Translations under genes and position numbers: made by a program
The notes under the pieces: generated by a model
Databases searched by the model: none
What the model was told of the DNA's origin: nothing
What the model saw: only the letters and a program-made list of their open reading frames with translations
Shown here: positions 1-12,004 of the stretch, piece after piece
Position numbering within the stretch: the first letter of the stretch is position 1
Layout of the letters: each line of letters begins with the position of its first letter
Assembly (NCBI GenBank): GCA_965637545.1
Contig: OZ281501.1
Span: 2,976,001 to 3,040,000, forward strand
Direction: 5' to 3'
Length of the DNA: 64,000 nucleotides
Source of the DNA: Phallusia mammillata
Taxonomy: Eukaryota

Positions 1-784
1 TACCGAATTACACTCGTAATTTGGTGACAAAAGGGGCCAAGTGTGAACTCAGCCCGAATTGAACCAGTTTTATTTATACCCAAGCCCGAAACCGTATTTA
101 CTTACAAACTGTGTACCAGAAATACTAAAGATGCAATCAATGCCTAAATGGTCAATTGTTTTAACGTATTAATAAAATGCAAATATAAAAACAGCTTGCA
201 GAAATAAAACTGATTTAAACGTGGCTTTTGTGTTTTTTTTTATTATTATTGACGGGGTTCGATTCCACGACGTTCCCGGGGACAAATCCCAATCACATGC
301 ATTAAATTATGTTCTGTATAGTGACGTTATAAACAGGGCTGCCACTGAGAATTTTAAGATATCCCAAGATTCCCTCGCCAAAAATCCCAAGGTTTGTCTA
401 AAAATCCCAAAATAACCAAAAAATATATACCGAATTACACTCGTAATTTGGTGACAAAAGGGGCCAAGTGTGAACTCAGCCCGAATTGAACCAGTTTTAT
501 TTTATACCCAAGCCCGAAACCGTATTTACTTACAAACTGTGTACCAGAAATACTAAAGATGCAACCAATGCCTAAATGGTCAATTGTTTTAACGTATTAA
601 TAAAATGCAAATATAAAAACAGCTTGCAGGCAGGAATTGTTGGATGCCCTAAAGTTTAGGGCCTAAACAGTTTAAGATTAGACTTGAGACACAGGGTATT
701 TGGGTTAGATTTTTGTCGCTTTATAACCCAAATTACACTCGTAATTTGGTGACGAATGGGCCCAAGTGTAAAGAAGTCCCGAAT
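1..784. repeat. Tandemly triplicated intronic block (copies starting ~1, ~428, ~727; the third copy continues at 3132-3340 after a transposon insertion)
   Basis: AATTACACTCGTAATTTGGTGAC occurs at 6, 433 and 731. Positions 1-200 are near-identical to 428-628. The reverse complement of the same block lies at ~21900-22210. Confidence 0.9.
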
Positions 785-3131
785 GGGGTTGTTCATCCAC
801 TAGGTGCCGCCACGTTCCTCCTATAGAGGCTTCGCGCGTCGTGCTTAACAATGGAAACAGTCACATTTTCTTGACGTTTTTTTAGGTTTAATACCACATG
901 TTTCCCACAACTTAAGTTATTATTGTGAAACATATTTCAACCATTTTAAGAACTTGCAAAAATAAACGGAAAAAATACTAAAGAAAAAGAGTAATTACTT
1001 GATAATTTCGCGCATGTCATGCCAGTTACACCTGTCCAGAAGGTAATTTGAAAAAATGTCTGGGTCATGTTTGTGACAAAAATGGTTGTTAGTTTTGCTT
1101 TTAAAATATATTTATATTGTAAATACAGATGTGTTGATAATTTACATGATTTGTACCATGTTCTTTTGTGTTAATTCATGCCTTTTTCGTGACTAGCGAT
1201 TAGCGGACAATCACTTGCTAGATCTGGTTCTTGAGGGCACTTGCTAGTATCTGATTCTTGAGTGTATTATTGCAGGAGTTGAGTTAAGCTATGTTATGAT
1301 AATACAGTGAGTATCGTTCCAAACAACATGTAAATATACATCTATGACCCAAAGTCAACAAATGTTGACAATATATGGTATGTCGTTGTGAAGAATTAAA
1401 TGCTCGAGGTGTTGATTTATTTACTTATAAGTCAGTATACTGATACATTTGTGCAGATCATAATTCCACACCTTTCTGTTGTTGTAGAGATATATAGGTT
1501 GTATTAAACAAGGAAAATTGTTAATTTGAAAGAGAAATAGGCAAAACCCAAAAAGAGGAGCTGATTGCACATGTCCTGTTTGGCTTCAACTTGTGATGCT
1601 ATAGTGGGACTTTCTGAGCAACCCATGGGAGAAAGTGTCAAAATTGGAATGCAGCATTTCAAAGAATTTGATACAATAATTTTCTTGCTATTCTACTGCC
1701 AAAAAGTCTAATTGTAACAACTATAAAAGCATTGCATGCTTTTTATTGCCTACATATTTGGTGACTTTACATCAATATTTAAAACAGTATTTGTATATTG
1801 TTTTGTTTGGTGCATTGCCAATAATTGCAAAATTCTTTGCAACCTGAGCTACATTGCAAGCATTTAAATTTTTATCAACAACAAAGTGTTTGTTCATTCC
1901 AAGTTAATATATATCACGCAATTCGTTGACATATTGTGTGGTGTGTGTTTACAAATACAATGAATCAAAAGATCTTGTGAAATCATTTTTTTACCATTTT
2001 AGAATCTTTTGGTTCACATAGGATAGCAGCCTCTGGTGATTTACTACTTTGGAAGATGGTTATTTATTCAGTTAATTTAGCTGTCAATAATATAAATCTG
2101 ATCTAAACAGAAAAAAATCTTAATTCTTTCTTTAGATGTGCCAAATAAGATACACATATCTTGGTAATATTTATTTTGTCAAACCGTGTGACGGTAAAGA
2201 TCAGTTGATATATCTTTGAACTTAAACTTAAACATTATATTCATAGTTAAATTTTCAATTAAAAACAGGTAAAGTACTTGAAGCCCACATTCAGTGTCAT
2301 TCTGTATTGTTGCCATTTTTGAAAAAAATACTGTCGAAAGTTACATCTTTAATTTGCTAGCTGTTTGTACAAGCAACAATGCATTTGGATGCAAGCATTG
2401 GAATCATTTGCAACTGATGTTACTTCGTTGTACTATTTACTGCCAATATGACATCTATATTTGGTTGGTATAACACCCAGCCAGTACATTTCAAATTTCC
2501 TTCTTTTGCTTTCCCAAGTGGAAATATAGAAGGATATATAGTTTCTTTGTCAAATCTTGCTTGCTTGATGTTGCGAATGTTTCAGTAACTTCAAGTCTTC
2601 ATATTAGATGATTAAAGACCTTAAGTTTGGCCTCCGAAATGTATCTAATACAGTTTCTCTGTTAATTGCAATTTTATGTCACTTTTTTGTAAAAGCAACT
2701 TCTTGTCAGAAAAAAGTTGTACTGTGCTCCTACATTCACAACCTGTACATACAACTATAATGACATTCCAATAATACTGTTATAGTACAAGTTTCCATAA
2801 AGGAATTGTTTAAAATCACGCACATGCAACAGAAAATAATTACATGATGGGATGATGCTTCATCTACCCTGCAGTGGTTTGCGGGAAGAACTCACTGAAT
2901 TTTAGCTGAAATACGCATATTGAACCTGCAGTTTATACAAACTTATCTTAGATAACAAGAATAATAGTCCATTTATTCGTAACATACATTTAGACCACAA
3001 AAATTCACCCCAAACACCTGCGAAGCTTGCCGATATATGTTTTTTGCTATTGTCTGCAGCATAAACCAACGCATTGTATGGCCGGAAGGTGCTGCCACCT
3101 AGCGGAATTTTTGATTCGGCTGAACAACCCC
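785..3131. mobile_element. Degenerate ISL2EU-like (PIF/Harbinger-related) DNA transposon
   Basis: Terminal inverted repeats GGGGTTGTTCA (785) and TGAACAACCCC (ends 3131), with imperfect subterminal IRs. 2-bp AT TSD (783-784, 3132-3133); the empty site CCCGAATTGAACC is visible in the sister repeat copies at ~52 and ~481. No intact ORF. A weak, frameshifted CxC..C remnant (DCTCPV/STCDAIVGL) lies at ~1563-1615. Superfamily assignment rests on the AT TSD and GGG termini. Confidence 0.7.
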
Positions 3132-3611
3132 ATTGAACCAGTTTTATTTTATACCTAAGACCGAAACCGTATTTACTTACAAACTGTGTGCCAGAAGTAC
3201 TAAAGATGCAATCAATTTTTAAATGGTCACTTGTATTATTAAAATTGTTAACAACAACAACAACAAAGATAACAACAACTTGCAGACAGGAATTGTTGGA
3301 TGCCCTTAACAGTTTACAGTTTAGACTTTAAATATCAAAAATTGTACCGCTTTGTCTCGATGCCCGAGGCACATGCTTTGCCTAGCGGTTAATTCAGACG
3401 TGGTTCTAATTACATTAATACAAAGTTGGATATCCATCCTACGAACATGGGTTACTGGAACAGAATTGTTCAAATCAATGCAAAGATACTTTTGTTTCAT
3501 TTCGTATGAAAAAAAAATCTTGTCTACATTTTTTTAGTATTTATCATTATTTTTGATATAGTAGGCTACTGGTTCTAAATCATATCAATACAAAGTTGAA
3601 TGGAAACTTAC

Positions 3612-3760
3612 AAAACGGCGACATCATCGTTGCTTAATTGCTCGACAGGCAAGTTATTATCACCATTGGATTGTCGCCGTCGTCGTCGGCTCCATCCTGA
3701 ATTGACTTCAGTCACAAGCAGCACAGCACAAAGCAGCAACACAAATACAAGTTTGTTCAT
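3612..3760 (-). CDS. Secreted Arg-rich/acidic peptide precursor, copy A, coding exon 1 (downstream exons presumably left of the window)
   Basis: ATG at 3760 gives MNKLVFVLLLCAVLLVTEVNS-GWSRRRRRQSNGDNNLPVEQLSNDDVAV, then a phase-2 GTAAGT donor at 3611. Hydrophobic signal-peptide pattern. Homologous to 17727-17800 (+). Confidence 0.75.
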
Positions 3761-4924
3761 GACTTCTCTCTAAAGTTTCACTGCAATCTGTAACGTTTCG
3801 ATTTTAGCCTATTAATTTAGACTAGAATGTCTATTTCAAGTGTAAACTGGCGTTACAAATTGAATTGTAATTTTGTGTTAACAAAGATTAGGTCTTTTAG
3901 TTTATGCTTAGTTAAGAGCGATTGCACTTACGCTTATGAATCTTTGTGTGCTAATTATAACATATATGACATGACGACATGGGCAAAATTACTGATTATC
4001 CCATTGTACCTAGTACAAGGCTTAAACATTGCGCTCGACAAACTGTTAGTCTAGGTTTTGCGGTCTCAATGCAACCAATTCCAACCCTATACGCAAAACT
4101 TCTGTTCTGACACAGCTAAGCCGGGCGGTATTATACATCTCTTCCTCTTGCACCATGTTACTAAAGTTACTAGAAAAAAGCATACATCATTCGTTTCCTA
4201 ACGCATCGTTTAAGTTTGTTTAACAACTGCAAGACCGAACGTTCATGTCGCAATCCAAGAGAACCGAGTCGTGTACAAAGGAACATGACATTCTGCGTTT
4301 TGACAAAACATTTGCATATTGAAATTTGATCAGGTTTCAAAGAAAAGGAAACCAGCGTGAGTCTGTGTTGAAAACACACCATGTTGGATTCCGCATCAAT
4401 GATTTTAATCTAAGGTTTTACTACAACCATCACAACTGAGGCGAAGTTTCGTTTGTAGAAGTTCGACGCAATTTATAAAGTTGCTTAAAGAAAGTTTACT
4501 TTTCGTGAAAGAACAGTTACAGTGAGAGTGGTAAACGGGCCCGAACTAAGACCCTGAACCCGGCCCGAGCCCAAAAACACAAGCCCAAAACCCGGCCCGA
4601 ACCTGAATCGTTTTCGAGAAGCCCGTTGAGTAACCTTTGCTGCCAGAGGCCAGGGCAAACCTGACGACTGTAAGCTCTTACGTTGCGTTATTATAGCTCC
4701 ACTGAATACTAGGGATCGGATAGATATGCAAATGTTCTGTTTGGTCGAACACCGAACTTGTGCCTTTACAAATAATCCCAATTCTACGTTAGTTTTGTAG
4801 CTTTCCAAGGTCCCCTACGTCACCAGCGTTGTATTAATATGTACAGGCCTCAGAAGTACGGGGTTTCCACCAATTGACTTCACACTCGGCCACATTTCTG
4901 TTGTATTTAAAACTTGGTACACAA

Positions 4925-6635
4925 ACACGTGGTGGTGAAATAGGATGCAGGCGTTTTTCCGTTATTTTTTTGCCACAACTGCAGAGAGAAATAGTGTTTT
5001 TGTTGGATATTTTAGATACTTAATATAGTATTTCCTCAAAACATTCATAACAAACTTACGTCTCACTTAGTATGCCCACTTTTTTTTACTTTTTAAGTGG
5101 TAGTTTTTCACCCTAATTCCGCATTGGTTCGCAAAAATGCCTGTGCCTTTGAAACCATGAAGCAATTACGCACTCATATGCACTCATTTAGAGAGAGAAA
5201 GAGAAATGAAGGAGACGTTGGTGGTGCTAAGAAAACTAGATTTATCCAAGCCCGTCTACACCATATTTTTCTCCAAGTATAAAATAGTGCGACAGATCTG
5301 CTTTATTTTCATTCTCCCACGAATGAGAAAACTTCCTAAGGATGAGGGCGTTTTTCCGCCTTGGATCTTAATTAGCTACGGAGAGATATAGCCAGTTGAA
5401 ACCAATTTTGGCTTGTCATAAAATATGACGAAGTTAATATGGAGGTTCTGTTACATACCAAACATTTCATGAAATTCTAATTTGCATTATACCTTTAAGA
5501 CCTTAACGTTCCAACACAACTACTTTTATTTGCACAATGAACTTAAACAACAAATTACTGTAACTGTTTACTATTGTGTTTAGCCTATTACTTTTATTAT
5601 TTTAAGGTGGCGTCACAGTGTTTGTGAAAGAGAAAATGTTCTTTGTTGAAAATTTGAAATTTTGATTTGTGGTAAAGTAACTTAACTTAGTACATTTAAA
5701 ACAAACCTTGTTTCTTTGTTTGTTTACACTTGTTTTGTAAGTATTAAGTTATATTCAATATTTTGCATTTTAATTCTTACTTGTCAAATTATGATTAAGC
5801 AACTTTTTAAGTGTTAATTGCGATTTCTGGCAAAATGGTATCAAAATAATGTATTTTGAGTATTTTAATCGGTTTGACACAAAAAAGTCACGTTAAAATC
5901 ATTCTTTATCTATCAAACATGTATTTGCTTATACTTTGCAGCAGTGGGGACTTTCTGAGAATGGAAAACGGTAAGAAACTCGGTAAAATGTAGACTAGTT
6001 AAAGAAACCAGAAAACACTGTTACAAAAAATGTAAAACAATTTATTACAAATCCTGTGACAAAACGCCAAATTGTCCAACTTTCAAGATGCAATAGACTT
6101 GCAGAAACCAAGTGATCTTCGGGAAAGCGAAAATGACCCAAAATAAATCTAAGGTAAAGTTAATGATTGTTTTTTGACATCTCTAATCAATTTACAGTTG
6201 AGTTTAATTGCTTTTCGGTAGGATTTGGAAGGCAATATGATTATCTGAGATAATACAATTTAAAGTATTTTTAGTAAATTGTGCGGTTTATTGGTGTTGT
6301 ACCTAAGAAATGTTTGGTGTTGTACCTGACTTAACAAATTAAGGAATTTTTTATGGGTTTGTAATTCGCACTTGTAAATAGAAGGCCCAATGCCTAGAAT
6401 ATATTCCGCGTATGTTTGTGTCCAATTTGCTACCTTAAACAGTTAGATGCTTGCAGTCAATGCGTTTTTCACCACTTTGCACAATAGTAAACTATTTTAG
6501 TGGCACCATAACGTTGGTGGTGGAATAGGATGTAGGCACTTTTTCGAATTTTATTTGAAAGCTGCGGAGAGAAGAAGCTGGTGGAATTTTATCCTAATCC
6601 GCCTTCTTCGCAAAAATGCTTGTGCCTTTGAAACA
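4925..6635. repeat. Inner direct repeat pair (4925-4990 plus 5098-5155 vs 6510-6635)
   Basis: ACGT(T)GGTGGTG(A/G)AATAGGATG(C/T)AGGC and TTCGCAAAAATGC(C/T)TGTGCCTTTGAAAC are each present twice in the same orientation. Confidence 0.8.
5166..6146 (+). pseudogene. Peptide precursor copy B: intact exons 2-3, decayed exon 1 homolog
   Basis: Exon 5942/5945-5970 (SGDFLRMEN) and exon 6088-6146 (DAIDLQKPSDLRESENDPK*) have canonical splice sites and the same phases as copy C. Region 5166-5297 aligns to 17564-17745 but carries a frameshift, a TAG and a deletion of the Arg tract. No signal-peptide exon found. Confidence 0.55.
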
Positions 6636-7263
6636 TTCGTGTTCGGGTGGGGCTTGGCTCAGGCCTGACTCTACACTCTGTGTCGATATTTTTTCAAATA
6701 AATGTACCTAGCTAAGTAGCCAGTTTCAGAACGTCAAACAGCCATAAAACGCCTTGTTCGAAACCGATATTATGTTTGTTGTCTTAGTCTTTGCGAAGGC
6801 TTTATTGTATAGGCCTGTCAATCAAATTTTCGGGCCTAAACGGGTTTTTCAAAAACGATTCGGGTTCGGACCGGGTTTCGGCCTTGAACTTTCGGGTTCG
6901 GGGTCTAATTTCAGGTACGTTTACCCTTCTAACAGCATCAGTAAATTGACTGTAACTCCTCCACGAAAAGGAAAATTTCCAAGAACTTTATTCAATTGCG
7001 TCGAACTGGCTTCAGAAAATCAAATTTAGATTTAAATCGTTGATGCGCAATCCAACATGGTGTTTTTCAACAGAGACTCAAGGTGGTCCCTTTTCTTTGA
7101 AACCTGATCAAATTTCAACATGCAAATGTTTTGTCAAAACGCAGGATGTCATGTTCTTTTGCAAACGGCTCGTTTTTTTTGGATTGCGACATGAACGTTC
7201 GGTCTTGCCGTTGTTAATGGAACTTAAACGATGCATTAGGAAATGAATGATTGATACATTTTT

Positions 7264-7972
7264 CATTTTAAAGGTATGAATGTAGAGAACAACATTTGTA
7301 AATTTCATGGAGTAGCGATTAAGTTTAGGGCCAGCGCACAATGAATATTGTTTGGGTGGAATTTTATCGGTTTTGGGATGTCGGTTATGAATTTTCGATA
7401 GTGTATTCGTGCTGACTCCCTGTTGCTAGAAGCTCGAGTGATGGCTCATTTTAAAGGTATGAATGTAGAGAACAACATTTGTAAATTTCATGGAGTAGCG
7501 ATTAAGTTTAGGGCCAGCGCACATCGCATACTTTTTGGGTTGATTTCGGACATTATTTATGAATTATCAATCGCAAATTTGGTACAGTTAACTTGTTGCT
7601 AGAAGCTCGAGTGACGGCTCATTTTAAAGGTATGAATGTAGAGAACAACATTTGTAGATTTCATGAAGTAGCGATTAAGTTTAGGGCCAGCGCACATTGA
7701 ATATTGTTTGGGTGGAATTTTATCGGTTTTGGGATGTCGGTTATGAATTTTCGATAGTGTATTCGTGCTGACTCCCTATTGCTATAAGCTCGTGTGATGG
7801 CTCATTTTAAAGGTATGAATGTAGAGAACAACATTTGTAAATTTCATGGAGTAGCGATTAAGTTTAGGGCCAGCGCACAATGAATATTGTTTGGGTGGAA
7901 TTTTATCGGTTTTGGATGTCGGTTATGAATTTTCGACAGTGTATTCGTGCTGACTCCCTGTTGCTAGAAGCT
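7264..7972. repeat. Tandem satellite, four units of 183/173/183/~170 bp (A-B-A-A)
   Basis: CATTTTAAAGGTATGAATGTAGAGAACAAC starts at 7264, 7447, 7620 and 7803. Unit 2 has a different middle segment. Confidence 0.95.
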
Positions 7973-8884
7973 ATTTTAGCAAAATAATTTTATTTTAAGT
8001 GCATGTACTAGCGGCCGTGACGTAAAAAAAACTTTGATGTTACATTTTGGATGACAAGAGTGTTCATCTCAATCTGCGAAACAAGCTTGAAATTAAATTG
8101 GCTATCACGCAGGCACCATTAGAAAGAGTTTACGACGCGGCCGTCAATGCAAAAAGGTTGTGTACGCCTGTGTTAGGCCCAGGAGATTCAGCACACCAAA
8201 GTGTATAAACGTAAGAAGTTAATTTAATGGCTAGCTTGTTGCTGCATTCTTTCAGCAATTTTGATATAATGTGGTCTTGACTTGTTCTTAAAAGCCCCCC
8301 TTATTAAAATACCTCCCTATATCAATTAATTTTTATTTATTTGAGGTGATCTCAAAAAGATCGAAAAATCTTTATCCGTACCTATAGATATTAATGACAT
8401 TTTTCGCAATCCTTTACTCCAGGAATATTAAAAGCAAAATCTCTCCAGGTATGTGCTTATTGCTTCAAGTCACATTACTGACGCAACAGTCCCAAACTGA
8501 TGGTGATGGGACGAGTACTCGGTATCGGTGGTATTAAACGATTTTAGTGGTATCGATACTCGTACTCGGTGTCGAAATATTTTATCTTAGTTTTCGTTAC
8601 CAACGTTCGATACCCAAGGCCGATTTACACCATAAGAATACGGGCAACTTTTTGCCAATAGTTACTTCGAACAGCACAAAATCGGGAAAAAGTTCCGCCA
8701 GGTTACCTATATTTTTTTCGCTATCATGTGGAGAATACCTGCATTTCATAAAAACGCAATAGTGACCTTTAGTAACACTGATCTCAGCTGTATTCCCTTC
8801 GTATACCTTTCTTCAGTTGTATACCCTAATTTTGATGCGGTATACACTTGTGTATACAGTATACCCGGTTGAAGAGCACTGCCC

Positions 8885-8918
8885 TAAAGGACCGCGGACC
8901 CCAGTTTGGGAACCACTG
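8885..8918. mobile_element. Solo end of the hAT MITE family seen at 47147
   Basis: TAAAGGACCGCGGACCCCAGTTTGGGAACCACTG is the near-perfect reverse complement of the first 34 bp of the 47147 element. Confidence 0.7.
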
Positions 8919-9501
8919 GTGTAATAAGTGTTCTTCTGTACTTCTGCTAATGCTTTTGTGTGTGTGATAATAATTTGTTCGAATTAAAACTTAAACCTGA
9001 TAAGACTCAAGCATTTTTTTCTTTTTTTCAACAATGTGTCTTCCTTTTTGTGGATAGAAATGTGGTAAGCCTTATGGCTAAGCAGGGTTTTAACAAGTAA
9101 AATCTGAGAAAACATTAGGGTCACTTAGCACTGTAGACTCTGAACAGACGACCTGCAAGACTGAGCCACACTAAGGGGTTTGTCACGTTGAAACACACCC
9201 CACCCTTTCCTATTTAAATTACACTTCCCAATCATGTTGTGATAACCCACAGCGACAACAGCGGCAACATCCACAATGTCGTACACGATTAGTGTAAGCT
9301 GTAGCGAAACAGGCTCAAAGATTTAAAGGGTTTTCCAAACAAGAAAACGAAAAACTTTGTCATACGTCAACGCTCAAAAAACACCAATGACCCACCGAAC
9401 AACTTAACAACGTAAACGCGAAATTGATGAACTTAACATTTTCAATGTTATAACAAATGCCGCATTCCTAAAATATAATATATTTATTTTTTGGTAACTT
9501 T

Positions 9502-12004
9502 ATGACAATTCGGATCCAAAGACTGAAAACACTCGACAAGTCGATGACGTCACTGGTAAGTGGTAAACACCTCTGACGTAGAGCGGCGTGTACCCCATCA
9601 TGAGTAACGGATACAAACAGTTTCAAACTCGTTACCAGTATGATAGTGATTTAAAGAGTTGCCTGTCCAGCAAGGCAAACATTACAAGGATTATAATACT
9701 GGGAGTTATTATACTAAACAGTATCAGACCCTCCAACAGACAGCATGGTCATTGACGATTACTCTTAAAACAGCTGAGAAAGAAAAGCATTTTCCAAGTA
9801 ACATAATCAGTCAATGATTGTTCAAGGAAAATATATATTTCGGCTAACTGGCATCTTCAGTTCTACGTACAATCATTCACTGGTACTGTTGCTTGGAGAA
9901 TATTTTCCATTCCCAACGATTATATTTATATTACACTTACCATGTGCAAATGTGTAATGTTAGGTTTATTAAAATATTGAAATTCAAGTTTTTGGTAATT
10001 GTTTGGTTTTGATGGAAGGTTCTCACCACAATTTACCTTCTGTAAGTATAAGCCTGATTCGAATATGTTTACGTAACAAGCTATCAAATATAAGTACGTG
10101 TTATATAAAAACTCAGTACCCAGGAATTGTACTTAAAACTTTATGTCGTTTTTATAACAGTTGGATCAAATTATCAGTCGTTTTTGTAACAGTTGGATCA
10201 AATTATCAGTCGTTTTTATAACAGTTGGATCAAATTATCAATCAAAAAAATTAAAAAACGACATGTAATGCAAGCAAATATAACTGGTTTTGTGAAACGT
10301 CAAAAGCTTAAACCGAGCAATTTTCACTGTATTTGTTAATTAACTGCTTCCCTAAATCTTCAAAGGGGAAACTCGTAATTGTAGGGGATGAAGGAACAGG
10401 AAAAACGTGTCTTTTGATGCGTGAGATGTGTGATAAATTTCCCACAGATTTTCTCCCCAGCGCTTGCAGCCAATGTTACCGCGTGAAGAAAGTGAATGGA
10501 AAAGATATTAAATTACATCTTTGGGACACCTGTGGTGGTAAAGAATATCACAGGTAAACAAAAAACAGTTGCTATAGCACCGCATTTGACGACTTTCTAA
10601 ATAAGTCACGATGTAAATTCACCAAAAACATCCAATAAAAGCATTTTCTTTTTAACTTTATTCCCAAATTTTATCGACTATTTCACGTACTATTTGTCTA
10701 TATTAAGATTTTTCCACGATTATGGATTCTTGTTTACTCTAGTCTATTCGATCTGTTTGAAGCCGAAATTAGTACCGAATTCCAACATAAGATTTACATT
10801 TACATTTTTAAGGGGGTCACAGGTCCTACAGGGTTACTTGAACGACGCGCAAAAGTTACTTTTCGGGGGGCACGGCCCACGAAAGGTTTAGTACCACTGG
10901 TTTAAATAATGGTCGTATATCAGTGTTTCAAACCTATAATGGTTTTTCGTGCGTATATGACAACATTTAAAGTAATATTTAGACGTGACTGTTAAGACGC
11001 CTGCTATACAGTTAATGAAACCCCTGACGCATAGTTTAAAAGTCCAAAAAGGCAAAAACAGAAACATATATTCTCATCGCACACTAACACTCTGACAGTT
11101 TTGGTGTTGATCGTGCAATGAACTGTAGGTATTTGTAAATTTGCAGACAATTATATTTCATAAAATTCTTTATGCATGAAAATTCCTTATGTTAATGTAC
11201 ATATATCCACATACGACAGGCGTTCGTCCAGTTTCTCTACTAAGTTTTTCTGACAGGTTAAGACCTTTAGCTTACCCACAAACCGACGTATTTTGCATTT
11301 GTTTTGACGTTACTTCGAAAGCCTCGTTTGAAAATGTTAAGTCTGAATGGGTAAAAGAAGTGTATCATCATTGCCCGGGCGTTCCAGTTCTCTTAGTCGG
11401 TTGCAAGATTGACCTGAGAACAAATGAAGAGAAAATAAAGGAAATAAATGAAAAAAACCTTCAGTTTATCACGTAAGTTTGTGTTTCGTATTTAAATAAT
11501 CAACTTAACTCAACAATGGAACCTGTTTGCAAATACTTATGTTAAAAACAAATAAACTATTTTGGTACATACGTTTAAAAATAAATCATTTGATTTCTAT
11601 GTGAATTTTCAGTATGGAACAAGGCCACGAGATGGCAGCAGAGATAGGGGCTGTAAGGTAGAGCTACTAACACTGAGCTTCACCTTTGGCTCGACCTGGG
11701 AACTTCTGGTAGGTGGCCCAAAAGAGCATAGGCGTTTACGGTGCTGACTCAGCAATTATTCTTACCATAAACCCAAATTGCTGTAACAGCACCATAAACG
11801 CCTATGCTCTTTTGCGCCACCTACCAGAAGTTCCCAGGTTGAGCCAAAGGTGAAGCTCAGTGTTAGTAGCTCTACCGGGCTGCAAAGTACATGGAATGCT
11901 CAGCGCTGACTGGCCAAGGAGTTGATCACGTGTTTCAGACCTTGGCGGAACTCGCCATGAAAAAAATAAATGGAAGCAAAAAACAAGGAGATTCTGTACT
12001 TTGA
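9502..12004 (+). CDS. Atypical RhoA-like small GTPase, paralog 1 (MITE in last exon; functional status uncertain)
   Basis: Exons 9502-9555, 10366-10553, 11257-11472 and 11613-11652 + 11888-12004. Motifs KLVIVGDEGTGKT, WDTCGG, RLRPLAYPQTDV, GCKID, YMECSAL. Exon 2 and 3 lengths (188, 216 nt) are identical to paralog 2. The first exon is the least certain. Confidence 0.8.
10145..10240. repeat. 32-bp minisatellite, 3 copies
   Basis: GTCGTTTTT(A/G)TAACAGTTGGATCAAATTATCA repeated three times. Confidence 0.9.
11657..11876. mobile_element. Mutator-like MITE (220 bp) inserted in Rho paralog 1 exon 4
   Basis: ~90-bp near-perfect TIRs (GGTAGAGCTACTAACAC...GTGTTAGTAGCTCTACC). 9-bp TSD GGGCTGTAA (11648-11656) / GGGCTGCAA (11877-11885). 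The empty site is seen in paralog 2. Confidence 0.92.

Larger units (their letters stand above)
4186..7251. repeat. Long inverted repeat pair (4186-4415 with 7025-7251; ~4500-4625 with ~6835-6970) enclosing peptide copy B
   Basis: Reverse-complement similarity is seen directly, and the ORF track also shows paired translations (4170 vs 7040; 4485 vs 6754). Rich in CCCGA/CGGGC motifs. No convincing TSD. Confidence 0.8.

Noticed and set aside
2300-2600. Minus-strand coding-like remnant inside the ISL2EU-like element
   Set aside because: Multiple stops and no motif I can assign with confidence.
5536-5736. Alternative signal-peptide exon for peptide copy B (hydrophobic frames; GTTTT|GTAAGT at 5737)
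   Set aside because: In-frame stops, no similarity to the acidic NNLPVEQ segment, and hydrophobic translation is expected from T-rich intronic DNA.
7264-7972. CRISPR-like array (also considered for 10145-10240, 25540-25950 and 52512-52608)
   Set aside because: These are head-to-tail repeats without unique spacers in a eukaryotic context, with no cas genes.
8041-8208. 55-codon open frame YILDDKSVHLNLRNKLEIKLAITQAPLERVYDAAVNAKRLCTPVLGPGDSAHQSV and a possible 26-nt micro-exon at ~8422-8447
   Set aside because: No start codon, no usable acceptor, no recognisable motif, and no phase-consistent partner exons.
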